The notes under the pieces were generated by a model that had not been told where the DNA came from, did no database searches, and saw only the letters and a program-made list of their open reading frames with translations. Shown here in pieces: positions 10,801 to 19,227 of a stretch of DNA of 32,000 bases (position 1 is its first letter; every line of letters begins with the position of its first letter). The translations under genes were made by a program, and so were the position numbers. The stretch lies in assembly GCF_000010625.1 (NCBI RefSeq), contig NC_010296.1, positions 3,510,001 through 3,542,000 of the forward strand. Direction: 5' to 3'. The DNA comes from Microcystis aeruginosa NIES-843. GTDB lineage: Bacteria; Cyanobacteriota; Cyanobacteriia; Cyanobacteriales; Microcystaceae.

Positions 10801-13800
10801 TTTCAAGTCAAAGTGAAAATAGATCAACTCTTTACCGATTTACAAACTCTTGTTGATATCGCCGAATACCTCTGCCAATTTGTCAAAGAAAAACCCTTAG
10901 AAAATGCTTCAGAAATAACAGCTAAAGTTATCGATGACGAGACAGAATTAAGCAATTATCTGCAAGTCATTGATCAATTGCAACCCATCGCTACAGCCTA
11001 TATCATCAAGGCTTTAGAGTCCTTAGGGAAAAAACTTAATCAAGGGGAACAATGGACAATAGAAACCCTAAGACAAACCTTACCTGTTGCCCCCAAATAT
11101 CACATTTTGCTCAATCGTTATTTGCAGGATTTAGAGCAAGCTAATATTCTTCACAATCAAGGGAATATTTGGACTGTCAAAAACTTGCCTGAGTCTTTTT
11201 CCTTGCCCCAAGCCCTACAAAAGCTAGAAAAAACTTGTCCATCTGCAAAACCTGAATTAGAAATGTTGCAACGCTGCGGCGAAAATTTAGCAGAAGTTCT
11301 CAAGGGAAATATGGACCCCTTGACATTAATTTTCCCAGAAGGTTCCGTTGCTCATGCAGAAAGTATTTATGGCAATTCTCCCGTATCTCGATTGATGAAT
11401 CAACGAGTTGCCCAAGCTATTAACCAGATTTTAACGAACTTTTCTAATAGTGATCGCCCCTATCAAATTCTCGAAATAGGAGGAGGAACTGGTGCCACTT
11501 CAGAAGCAATTCTTCACCACTTAAACCTCGATCATGTCACTTATTCTTTTAGCGAAGTTTCTCCCTTCTTACTGCATCAAGCTAGGCAAAAATTTCAGAA
11601 AAAATATAACCTAAACTTTCATCAACTAGACATTGAAAAGTCCCCCATTTCTCAGGGTATACCTGCCCATAATTATCATATTGTTGTCGCCGCTAACGTC
11701 CTTCATGCGACCCGAAATATTACAGAAACTCTAACCCATATTCGGGAACTTCTGCGCCCCGGCGGTTACTTAGTTCTCCTCGAAACCGTAGAAAATAACT
11801 CATGGCTGAATTTAACCTTTGGATTAACCCCCGGATGGTGGCGCTTTCAGGATCAAGAATTACGCTCAGACACTCCCTTATTAAGGGGTGAAAATTGGTG
11901 TTCCGTTTTAAAAAGTTGTGGGTTTGCTACGGCGAATAGTTTCTCTAAACAAAACAATATTCCCATTAACAATGGCCAAGAATTAATTCTTGCTTGTGTG
12001 CCAGATGAACCCCTCTCAATTCCTGCAAGGACTAAGCTTACTGTCTCCGGTGAAAGCTCCGGTAAAGAAGCCTTAATGATGGCTCAATTACAATCTTTAA
12101 AAGACCTAAAAGACCTCCATGAGAAAACCATTATCAAGCAATTAGAAGTTCTTCAAACTGCCACCGTCTCCCCCAGTATAGCCCCCGAAATATTAACGAA
12201 TCAGACTCAAATCATTCCTGCCCAAAGCTCTAAAATAGAAACTTACCCGCCGGTTTCTCAAGAGAAGCCCAAATCTCCTGAGAAACCTAGTTCTCCCAAT
12301 TTAAACCCCTTAGCCTTAAAGCTCACTGAGAACAAATCCTTAACCGAACAACAACAAGCCTTTATTCAAAATTTACAGAGTATTTATAACCAGAAAACCG
12401 CCAAATCAAAAGCCTATTCACAAAATAGCCGTAAGACAATGGTAGATGTTAAACCGACCATTGACTTCCGCATGGCCTTAAAAGAATTTCAATATCCGAT
12501 TGTTTCAGAATCCGCTCAAGGGGCTTATTTTAAGGACATTGATGGCAATAATTACATTGACTTAGCTATGGGGTTTGGGGTTAACTTTTTTGGGCATAGT
12601 CCTGATTTTGTCATTGAAGCAGTTCAAGAACAAATGAATCGAGGAATAGGCTTAGGAATGCAGTCAAATCTGGCCGCCGAAACCGCCGCTTTAATTAGTG
12701 AAATGGGCCGAGTCGAAAGAGTCGCTTTTAGTAATACGGGAACCGAGGCGATTATGGCGGCTGTTCGCATTGCTCGCTCCCGGACAAAACGTCAAAAAAT
12801 CGTTATGTTTGCCGGCTCCTACCATGGAACTTTTGACGGCATCTTAGCACGAGTAGGAGAAGATAAAACCACTGCTCAACCCTTAAGTCTAGGCACCCCT
12901 TTAGGAATGGTTGAAGACGTAATAGTCTTGAGTTATGGAGTTGAAGAAAGCCTCGATATTATTGCTACTCATGCTGATGATTTAGCCGCCGTATTAGTCG
13001 AACCAGTTCAAAGTCGCAAACCCGATTTACAGCCTCAAGAATTTCTGCAAAAACTACGACAAATAACCCATAAAAAAGGGATCACACTCATTTTTGATGA
13101 AATTATTACCGGCTTTCGGATTGCTCCGGGAGGAGCGCAAGAATGGTTCAATGTTGAAGCTGATATAGTCATTTATGGTAAGGCCATTGGAGGAGGTTTA
13201 CCAATTAGTATGATCTGCGGTAAAGCAGATTTCTTAGATACCGTTGACGGCGGTTTCTGGCAATACGGAGATGACTCTCATCCCCAAACCGAGTTAACCG
13301 CTTTTGGGGGAACTTTTTGTCGTCATCCTTTAGCCCTTGCTGCTTGTCGTGCTGTGCTGTTACATCTTCGGGAAAACAGCCCAACGATTCAAGAAAAAGT
13401 GAATCAATTAACTCATCGATTAGCCACCGAAGTTAATCAGTTTTTTCAAGAAATAGGCATTCCGATTCGGGTTGTTAATTTTGGGTCTTTATTCCGCTTT
13501 GAACCCTTTGGAGCTTATAGTATTTTCTTACAACCCATCGAATTACCCCTCTTTTATTACCTATTAAATCTTAAAGGAATCTACACATGGGAAAAACGAG
13601 TTTGTTTTCTCTCCACCTGCCATACTAATGAAGATATAGACAAAGTTATAGTAGCCGTCAAAGAAGCGATTACGGAATTGCAGCAAGCTGGTTTTTTTGC
13701 TAATGCTAAACGCCCTCAAGTCAAGAAAGAAGAAAAAAAGCCCCTCTCTGAAGATGAAGATGGTAGGGGACATCTACCATCTTTAAATCAATCCTTTCCC

Positions 13801-16800
13801 ACCAGTGAAGCTCAACGTCAGCTTTGGTTATTAGCTGAATTAGACCGTAATGCTTCAGCATCCTATAACGTCACAACATCCCTAGAATTACGAGGTTCTT
13901 TAGATGTTTACATTTTAGAAAAAACGATTAATCAAGTTATTAATCGCCATGAAGCTTTGCGAACCCAAATTATAGAACAAGGAGAATTACAGGAAGTTGT
14001 CAATCAAGTTAACATTAAATTAAAACTAATTAATTTGAAGGATGAAGATAATCCCGAAGCGACGGCCTTAGCGTTACGATCTCAGTTTTCCCAAAAACCC
14101 TTTGACTTGTCGATTGCTCCCTTATTTGCTGTGATTTTAATGCGCTTAAAACCTGACCATTATCTGCTGTCTTTAAAAACTCATCATATTGTGGCAGATG
14201 GTTGGTCACTAGGATTAATTTTGCAGGAAATTGGTCAACTTTATTCATCCCAAAATAACACAACTAAAGAGGTTCTCACACCACCGATGCAGTTTCGGCA
14301 ATATTTAACTTTGCGAGCGCAAGAGACGCAAAGTCCACAAATGTTAGAGCATCGGGATTTTTGGTTGAAAACCTATCAGGAAGATCTCCCAACCTTTGAG
14401 CTTCCCACCGACTTTCCCCGTCCCGCCGTTAAAACCTACACTGGCGGACAAGAAAGTCAAGTCATTCCCTCTGAAGTTGGGCAAAATTTGCAGAAAGTAG
14501 GACGCAAAAATAAAGCTACATTATTTATGACGATGTTCGCCGCTTATACTGCTTTTTTGCGTCGAATTTCTGGTCATAAGGATTTAGTCATTGGTATTCC
14601 TATTTCTGGGCGACAAATAGAAGGCAGTGACAACTTAGTAGGCTTTTGTTCTCAATTTTTACCCCTGCGGATACAAGTCGATGCTACCACCTCTTTTATT
14701 GAACATTTACAACATACTAAACAAACCCTGATCGACGCTTTTCGCCATCAGAGTTATACTTTAGAGGATTTATTAGCAGCTTTACAATTACCTAGAGATT
14801 TTTCTCGTTCTCCTCTCATTTCTGTATCTTTTAACATGGATCCTAGTTTAACTCTGCCTGAGTTTAAAGACTTAAAAGTATCCTTGCCACCGTCACCAAT
14901 TAGTTACACCCCTTTTGATCTAGGATTTAACTTAATTGAACTTAATGATAACCTCATTATTTACTGCAATTACAATACAGAACTATTTAAAAAAGAGACA
15001 ATTAAACAATTTCTTGAAAGCTTTGAAATTTTGCTGAGGGGAATCATTGACGATGCTAATCATCTCCTTTATCAGTTACCTTTATTAACCCCAGTCCAAC
15101 AAGAGAAGTTACTCAGACAATTAACGGGAAAAACTCGCAAACTCCCTGAAAAAGCCACCATCATTGATGACTTTGTAGCTCAAGTTAAATTAACCCCTAA
15201 TGCTCCCGCCTTAATTGCGGGAAAAATTAGCCTTAGCTATCAAGAATTAAATGAAAAAGTCAATCGTCTTACTCATTATTTACAGCAGGAATATCAGCTA
15301 GGTGTAGGAAAAGTGATTGGGGTCATGCTCCAGCGTAATCACAACTTAATCATCGGGATTCTGGCTACCTTTAAAACTGGAGCGACTTACGTTCCTATAG
15401 ACTCTCAATATCCTCACAGTCGCATTGAGTTTATTTTAAAAGATAGTGGCTGTCATGTTTGCCTAACGGAGAGTAATTTTATCTCTAAGTTACCTGAAAA
15501 AATGGAGAAAATTTGCTTAGATAAAATCGATCCTATTGTTGAAAAATATGACAAAGATGAGCCTAAAATATTTCGCGATTCTAGCCAAACTGCTTATATT
15601 TTTTACACTTCAGGTTCAACTGGTAATCCTAAAGGAGTCATGGGCCGTCACATCTCAATTTTGAATGTTATTCAAAGCTTACGACTTACCTTTGATTTAG
15701 ATAAACATCCTGAATGGCGCTATATTTTCACAGCTGCCGTTACTCATGATCCATCTATTCGTAATATTTTTCTCCCCTTAACCATAGGTGCATCCCTATA
15801 TATGTACGAAATAAAATATATAGGACATTTGGTTTCTTTCCTACAGGAAAATCAAATTAATGCCCTACACACCACCCCATCTATCTATCGAGAAATCTTG
15901 GGGCTACTTGAACCAGGAGAAACCATTTCCAGCTTAAAATATATCTCGGTAGGAGGGGAAAAATTAGATCGGGAAACTGCCTTAGCTTTACGGAAACGTT
16001 TTCCAGCAGAAATTATTAGCAATGTCTACGGATCTACAGAAACTTGTGTGGGAGTATCCCAGTATGAAATCAAGGAAAACTTAGACAGCGAAATCCCCCT
16101 CGGTCAAGTTTTCCATAACAATCGCTTAGGGGTTCTTGATGAATTTAATAATCCCGTTCCCCTCCATGTAATCGGCGAAATTTGTGTAGAAGGTGCCGCC
16201 CTAGCATCGGGTTATCATAACCAACCCGAAATGACTCAAGAAAAATTTAAACCTAGCTTTCTTGATGAGACAAAAACTCTCTTTAGAACCGGCGATTTAG
16301 GCAAGCAAACTGCTCCCGGTATCATTGAGTTTATGGGACGAAAAGATAATCAAGTTAAGGTCAATGGTTATCGAATTGACCCCGGAGAAATTGAATATCA
16401 ATTGACTCGTTATGCTCCCATTGAAAGAGCGATTGTTTTACCCGTTCAAGTGAATAATCAAACTCAATTATCTGCTTACTGTCAAACAGACAAAACTCTA
16501 GAAATTGCTGAGATTCGAGAATTTCTTGCCAAGTTTTTGCCAGTTTATATGATTCCCAGTTACTTTATTTTTTTAAAGCAATTCCCCTTAACTCGACATG
16601 GGAAACTTGACCTGCACTCCCTGAGAGAACTCAAAGAAACCAGTAAATCTCTGGTTAATTCTAATTATGTTGCACCCCGTAATCATTTAGAATCCAATCT
16701 CGTTAGTATCTGGGAAAAAATTCTCTCTAAACATCCTATCGGTATTTTTGATAACTTCTTTGAAATTGGCGGTCATTCTCTACTCTTATCAAGGGTTGTA

Positions 16801-18309
16801 ACCCGGGTTCATAAAGAACTAAATGTATCCGTAAAATTGGCTGACTTCTTTAAAGTTCCAACCGTTGCTGGATTGGCGACTTTAATCTCCCAGACTCAAT
16901 ACAATTATCAAGAACCCATTTCGGCAATTCCCCCCCAAAAATCTTATCCGATGTCTCATGGTCAGCGTCGTCTTTGGGCTTTAGAATTCCTAGATCAAAA
17001 TCATAATGCTTACGGAATGCCCAGTGCTTATCAATTCAAGGGCAATCTCAATATTGACGCTTTTGAAAATGCCTTTCAACAGTTAATTCAACGCCATGAA
17101 ATTTTGCGGACAACCTTTACTTTAATCAATAATCAACCCCGTCAAGTTGTCCATAATCAAATGAACTTTGTCATTAAACAAATAGACCTGACAGCTTATG
17201 TTAGCACAGAACAAGAAAACTTGATCGAAGAAGCGATCAGCCATAATGCCAAAACGACTTTTGATTTAGAAGTCGGACCGTTACTTAAAGTTAACTTACT
17301 TAAACTAAGCCAAGAGAATTACATCGTCTTGTTTAATATGCACCATATCATTTCTGATGGTTGGTCAGCAGGGGTTTTAATTAAAGATTTCCTCAGCCAT
17401 TATCACGCCTATGGACAAGAAAATTCCCAATTAATGCCCCCTCTCAGAATTCATTATAAAGACTATACTTCTTGGCAAGAAAGTCAATTAGAAACCTCGA
17501 AACTTCAAGATCAACGGGATTACTGGTTAGCTAAATTAACTCCTGTCCCTGTGCGTCTTAACTTACCTGTTGATTATCTGCGCCCACCTGTTAAAAGTTT
17601 TCAAGGAAATACAATTACATGGCAACCTGAACCCGAATTGATCGATACTTTTGAGAAGTTAGTTAAAGCACAAGAAGCCAGTTTATTTATGGGTTTAGTT
17701 AGTTTGGTTAAGAGTTTTCTATTCCGTTATACTGAGCAAAATGAAATTACAATCGGCTCTGCCATCGCCGGCAGAAATCATCCTGATTTAGAAGATCAAA
17801 TCGGATTTTATGTTAACACTCTCGTCCTGCGGGATCAGATAGCAGATCACGACAGTTTTACGGATGTCCTTAGCAAAGTAAAAACAACCACTTTAGAGGC
17901 TTATGATAATCAAGACTATCCCTTTGATCAGATCGTATCTGATTTGAATTTACAACGAGATCCTAGCCGGAATGCTCTCTTTGATGTGGCAATTGTCCTG
18001 CAAAATAATCAAAATATAGATCTGGCCTTGAACGGAATTACAGTGAACTCCATTGACCCCAAAATGATGACCGCTAAATTTGATTTAGAATTTATCTTTG
18101 TTGAGGAAGAAGAACTTTATCTCAAGCTAATCTACAACACAGATATATTTATCCATGAGCGAATTTTATTGCTCATAGATTTGTTCAAAAACTGGCTAGA
18201 GCAAGTTTTAAAATTTGCCCATGAACCTTTGATAAACTTATCCTTAGCTTCCTCAGAAAATCTTATTCAAGAGGGGCAGGATCTGTTCACAGAAGATTTT
18301 AATTTTTAG
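7846..18309 (+). CDS. mcyE: Hybrid PKS/NRPS McyE: KS-AT-ACP-CM-AMT-C-A-PCP-C (last Adda extension, C-methylation, transamination, then D-Glu incorporation)
   Basis: ORF of 3487 aa, ATG at 7846, TAG at 18307-18309. KS: VVGMACRFPGG, Cys 8461-8463, EAHGTGT, KTNIGH. AT: GHSVGE with Ser 9793-9795. ACP: LGADS with Ser 10759-10761. C-MT: ILEIGGGTG (11467-11493), AANVLHAT, LLRPGG. Class-III PLP aminotransferase at about 12440-13700, with YGKAIGGG Lys at 13180-13182. C1: HHIVADG (14182-14202). A: YTSGSTGNPKG (15604-15636), GRKDNQVKVNGYRI, A10 Lys at 16603-16605. PCP: GGHS with Ser 16777-16779. C2: HHIISDG (17341-17361). The length matches my recollection of published McyE. Confidence 0.96.
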   Translation: MVESIDYKKLMATTLSKMEVMQARINELETRQSEAIAVVGMACRFPGGINSPEKYWSFCQAGLDAIVEVPKSRWDISKLYSQEPTLGKMNTAYGGFLQENITEFDARFFSISAREAASMDPQQRLLLEVAWEALENANLPLKNLADNKVGVFVGITSIDHALKVYGTNYDQIDSFFGTGNALSAAAGRLSYFLNLHGPCLSIDAACASSLVAVHQGIRSLRNRECELALVGGVNLILEPAITISLSQSGMMSPDGRCKTFDASANGYVRGEGCGVLILKTLSEAQKNGDHILALLRGSAVNHNGAAAGLTVPSGPAQQELLRQALADARIVPEDVSYIEAHGTGTSLGDPIELNAIASVYGKRSDPLYIASVKTNIGHLEAAAGMAGIIKTILILQQGEIPSHLHLQSPNPLINWEDHPIKIPTQNIPWPNNNKVPIAGVSSFGFSGTNAHVIVQQAPVSKISEIQQQIPSHLLTLSAHNKTALKELAKRFHTLLESHPEIGDICYSAAVGRIDLPERLAIVGDTCPELQQRLAAFAEENPLDDLTFYQRFTSEKSPKIVFLFTGQGACYPGMGHQLYQTQPTFRQYIDQCAEILAKYLDHPLTEILFGEQTDLLNQTAYAQPAIFALEYSLTMLWKSWGITPSLLIGHSVGEYVAACIAGVFSLEAGLALVVKRGQLMQTTTSGKMASIFADEETVISLIKNYTQTVSIAAINHPQQIVIAGESASLEEVISTCKKQKIPAQYLPVTQAFHSPLMEPILKEFEKEARQISYQRPQILLLSGLDGEVLENAPDATYWSKQCREPVRFLSSLITAFNKGYNLFLEVGPRPILAEQGRRYKDEVIWLSSLNRGLDNWQTILSALGQLYLNGAPFNPEQFNRNYGYKKVRLPNYPFQRKPFQFQPNPRTENQSIDKIFLDAQTSNLTDTETTVFNMQKHQQEIRNQLKSILALLLKEDENELPEDETLLNLGADSIILTDFSRKIEEKFQVKVKIDQLFTDLQTLVDIAEYLCQFVKEKPLENASEITAKVIDDETELSNYLQVIDQLQPIATAYIIKALESLGKKLNQGEQWTIETLRQTLPVAPKYHILLNRYLQDLEQANILHNQGNIWTVKNLPESFSLPQALQKLEKTCPSAKPELEMLQRCGENLAEVLKGNMDPLTLIFPEGSVAHAESIYGNSPVSRLMNQRVAQAINQILTNFSNSDRPYQILEIGGGTGATSEAILHHLNLDHVTYSFSEVSPFLLHQARQKFQKKYNLNFHQLDIEKSPISQGIPAHNYHIVVAANVLHATRNITETLTHIRELLRPGGYLVLLETVENNSWLNLTFGLTPGWWRFQDQELRSDTPLLRGENWCSVLKSCGFATANSFSKQNNIPINNGQELILACVPDEPLSIPARTKLTVSGESSGKEALMMAQLQSLKDLKDLHEKTIIKQLEVLQTATVSPSIAPEILTNQTQIIPAQSSKIETYPPVSQEKPKSPEKPSSPNLNPLALKLTENKSLTEQQQAFIQNLQSIYNQKTAKSKAYSQNSRKTMVDVKPTIDFRMALKEFQYPIVSESAQGAYFKDIDGNNYIDLAMGFGVNFFGHSPDFVIEAVQEQMNRGIGLGMQSNLAAETAALISEMGRVERVAFSNTGTEAIMAAVRIARSRTKRQKIVMFAGSYHGTFDGILARVGEDKTTAQPLSLGTPLGMVEDVIVLSYGVEESLDIIATHADDLAAVLVEPVQSRKPDLQPQEFLQKLRQITHKKGITLIFDEIITGFRIAPGGAQEWFNVEADIVIYGKAIGGGLPISMICGKADFLDTVDGGFWQYGDDSHPQTELTAFGGTFCRHPLALAACRAVLLHLRENSPTIQEKVNQLTHRLATEVNQFFQEIGIPIRVVNFGSLFRFEPFGAYSIFLQPIELPLFYYLLNLKGIYTWEKRVCFLSTCHTNEDIDKVIVAVKEAITELQQAGFFANAKRPQVKKEEKKPLSEDEDGRGHLPSLNQSFPTSEAQRQLWLLAELDRNASASYNVTTSLELRGSLDVYILEKTINQVINRHEALRTQIIEQGELQEVVNQVNIKLKLINLKDEDNPEATALALRSQFSQKPFDLSIAPLFAVILMRLKPDHYLLSLKTHHIVADGWSLGLILQEIGQLYSSQNNTTKEVLTPPMQFRQYLTLRAQETQSPQMLEHRDFWLKTYQEDLPTFELPTDFPRPAVKTYTGGQESQVIPSEVGQNLQKVGRKNKATLFMTMFAAYTAFLRRISGHKDLVIGIPISGRQIEGSDNLVGFCSQFLPLRIQVDATTSFIEHLQHTKQTLIDAFRHQSYTLEDLLAALQLPRDFSRSPLISVSFNMDPSLTLPEFKDLKVSLPPSPISYTPFDLGFNLIELNDNLIIYCNYNTELFKKETIKQFLESFEILLRGIIDDANHLLYQLPLLTPVQQEKLLRQLTGKTRKLPEKATIIDDFVAQVKLTPNAPALIAGKISLSYQELNEKVNRLTHYLQQEYQLGVGKVIGVMLQRNHNLIIGILATFKTGATYVPIDSQYPHSRIEFILKDSGCHVCLTESNFISKLPEKMEKICLDKIDPIVEKYDKDEPKIFRDSSQTAYIFYTSGSTGNPKGVMGRHISILNVIQSLRLTFDLDKHPEWRYIFTAAVTHDPSIRNIFLPLTIGASLYMYEIKYIGHLVSFLQENQINALHTTPSIYREILGLLEPGETISSLKYISVGGEKLDRETALALRKRFPAEIISNVYGSTETCVGVSQYEIKENLDSEIPLGQVFHNNRLGVLDEFNNPVPLHVIGEICVEGAALASGYHNQPEMTQEKFKPSFLDETKTLFRTGDLGKQTAPGIIEFMGRKDNQVKVNGYRIDPGEIEYQLTRYAPIERAIVLPVQVNNQTQLSAYCQTDKTLEIAEIREFLAKFLPVYMIPSYFIFLKQFPLTRHGKLDLHSLRELKETSKSLVNSNYVAPRNHLESNLVSIWEKILSKHPIGIFDNFFEIGGHSLLLSRVVTRVHKELNVSVKLADFFKVPTVAGLATLISQTQYNYQEPISAIPPQKSYPMSHGQRRLWALEFLDQNHNAYGMPSAYQFKGNLNIDAFENAFQQLIQRHEILRTTFTLINNQPRQVVHNQMNFVIKQIDLTAYVSTEQENLIEEAISHNAKTTFDLEVGPLLKVNLLKLSQENYIVLFNMHHIISDGWSAGVLIKDFLSHYHAYGQENSQLMPPLRIHYKDYTSWQESQLETSKLQDQRDYWLAKLTPVPVRLNLPVDYLRPPVKSFQGNTITWQPEPELIDTFEKLVKAQEASLFMGLVSLVKSFLFRYTEQNEITIGSAIAGRNHPDLEDQIGFYVNTLVLRDQIADHDSFTDVLSKVKTTTLEAYDNQDYPFDQIVSDLNLQRDPSRNALFDVAIVLQNNQNIDLALNGITVNSIDPKMMTAKFDLEFIFVEEEELYLKLIYNTDIFIHERILLLIDLFKNWLEQVLKFAHEPLINLSLASSENLIQEGQDLFTEDFNF

Positions 18310-18340
18310 TCAACAGCAATTATACGAGCAGGAGATTTTA

Positions 18341-19096
18341 ATGAAGACAAAACTACCGATTCTTGGCGTTTTAGGGGGTATGGGCCCAGTGGTTACCGCC
18401 GAATTTCTTAAGTCGATTTATGAATATAATCCTTTTATTGATAAGGAACAAGAATCCCCTAATGTCATCGTTTTTTCTTTTCCCTCTGCACCCGATCGCA
18501 CAGGTTCTATTGATAGTGGAAAAGAAAGAGAATTTATTGATTTTATCCAAGTCAATCTAGAACATCTCAATAAACTGGCTGATTGCATAGTCATTGGCTG
18601 TTGTACGGCTCATTATGCTCTACCTCAGATCTCCGAAAATCTGAAGGATAAACTTCTTTCCTTAATTAAAATAGCGGATCAAGAACTCCAAGAATATAAT
18701 GAACCTACCCTTTTACTTGCTAGTACAGGGACTTACCAGAAAAAATTATTTCAGGAAGGCTGCACCACCGCAGATCTGATTATTTCTCTCTCAGAAAGCG
18801 ATCAAAAGTTGATTCATGAAATGATCTATAAAGTGCTAAAAAGAGGACACGATCCGTTAAGTATTCTTAGGGATATAGAAGCATTATTAGAGAAATATAA
18901 CACTCGCTCCTATATTTCTGGGTGTACCGAATTTCATCTCTTAACAAAATCTCTCAAACTCAAAGGAATTGACTCCATTAAAGCGATCGATCCTTTAAGT
19001 ACCATCGCTCAAAACTTTTCTCAGTTAATCATCAAACAAGCTCAGGTAGACCGAGGGACCGACTGCCATCAACCTTCAACCCCAAAAAGCCCTTGA
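18341..19096 (+). CDS. mcyF: Asp/Glu-family amino-acid racemase McyF
   Basis: ORF of 251 aa. AGGAG at 18330-18334 lies 6 nt before the ATG at 18341. Two-cysteine racemase signature: N-terminal GVLGGMGP, IGCCTAH (Cys-Cys 18599-18604) and SGCTEFH (Cys 18923-18925). Sits between mcyE and mcyG as in Microcystis. TGA at 19094-19096. Confidence 0.93.
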   Translation: MKTKLPILGVLGGMGPVVTAEFLKSIYEYNPFIDKEQESPNVIVFSFPSAPDRTGSIDSGKEREFIDFIQVNLEHLNKLADCIVIGCCTAHYALPQISENLKDKLLSLIKIADQELQEYNEPTLLLASTGTYQKKLFQEGCTTADLIISLSESDQKLIHEMIYKVLKRGHDPLSILRDIEALLEKYNTRSYISGCTEFHLLTKSLKLKGIDSIKAIDPLSTIAQNFSQLIIKQAQVDRGTDCHQPSTPKSP

Positions 19097-19227
19097 CCAT
19101 CGCAGCCCTAGGAGGTACAATTTAAACTTGAATTGGCCACTTCTGACTTTTAACTTGCGCGTAGCGATATACTGATTCATAGGGTTTTCGAGATTGGTTC
19201 TATTTTTGATCAAGAGGTGTAAAAAAA

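Noticed and set aside
9708-14263. Minus-strand ORFs 9708-9890, 13564-13773 and 14030-14263 inside mcyE
   Set aside because: They are antisense to well-supported AT, AMT and C domain coding sequence. They are short and lack motifs, so they are shadow ORFs.
19109-19175. Strong SD-like TAGGAGGT (19109-19116) in the mcyF-mcyG spacer, as the start of a small gene
   Set aside because: Only a 15-codon TTG-initiated frame follows (about 19128-19175) before a stop. There is no conservation evidence, so it is too weak to call a micro-ORF.
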